In this document: piece after piece, positions 63,722-64,000 of the stretch
How the letters are laid out: each line of letters opens with the position of its first letter
How positions within the stretch are numbered: the first letter of the stretch is position 1
Source: Selaginella moellendorffii
Taxonomy: Eukaryota; Plantae; Lycopodiophyta
Direction: 5' to 3'
Assembly: GCF_000143415.4 (NCBI RefSeq)
Contig: NW_003314370.1
Coordinates: 248,001-312,000, forward strand
Length of the DNA stretch: 64,000 nucleotides
The notes under the pieces: model-generated
What the model saw: the letters and a program-made list of their open reading frames with translations, nothing else
The model's database searches: none
Told to the model about the DNA's origin: nothing
Position numbers and translations under genes: made by a program

Positions 63722-64000
63722 TTACAGAGCGCGATTGAATCGATCCTCCCGCGATGGCGGCAGCGGCGAAGATGAAGCTGGGATTCTCGGGCGGTAATCA
63801 GGTGAGCGCGCCGTCATCATCCTGCTGCCTGGGATGCGTCTCGACGACGGTCGCCGTGACTTCCCATCACTGCTCATCGAATTTCCCTCAATGCGCCACG
63901 GGAAGCAGTGGATTTCAGCTGGATTCTTCTTCGGCATTCTTGCCATTTGGAAGATTGAGGCGTGGCTCGGATTCCCTGCTTCAAGCTGCGGCCCGCAGGC
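63722..64000 (-). CDS. Probable 3' end of an unidentified gene running off the window
   Basis: GC-rich; one minus-strand frame is open from the window edge to TAA at 63722. The reading frame is not certain. Confidence 0.35.
   Translation of the reverse strand, partial: ACGPQLEAGNPSHASIFQMARMPKKNPAEIHCFPWRIEGNSMSSDGKSRRPSSRRIPGSRMMTARSPDYRPRIPASSSPLPPSREDRFNRAL

Noticed and set aside
1-64000. tRNA, rRNA or snoRNA genes
   Set aside because: None recognisable by eye; tRNAscan-SE and Infernal/Rfam would be needed to exclude them.

Overview
Gene-dense plant nuclear DNA with very short GT-AG introns (several about 46-60 nt). This, plus an SS-repeat PPR gene, suggests a lycophyte such as Selaginella (inference, not verified). 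About 18 protein-coding genes are supportable: DRM1/ARP, serine:glyoxylate aminotransferase, a NIN-like protein, an ALKBH10-like AlkB protein, chlorophyllide a oxygenase, an MRC/PII1-like coiled-coil protein, an RFC-like AAA+ protein, a PIF bHLH, a degenerate DEAD-box-like protein, two nsLTPs, a SpoU/TrmH methyltransferase, a plasma-membrane H+-ATPase, PDS5, a germin-like protein, a long PIN, a plastid NusB-like protein and a PLS-class PPR. There are two decayed LTR-retrotransposon blocks (1-5.5 kb and 32-38.3 kb) and an AT-rich block (53.3-56 kb). The most unusual signals are a 1.8-kb head-to-head LTR palindrome, an H+-ATPase whose regulatory tail keeps the activating penultimate Thr but lacks the other known phosphosites, an AlkB protein with a rewired metal/2OG site, a newly duplicated symmetric exon in the RFC-like gene, and an intron-present/intron-absent nsLTP tandem pair. 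Exon boundaries were read by eye and family assignments come from recalled motifs, not database searches.
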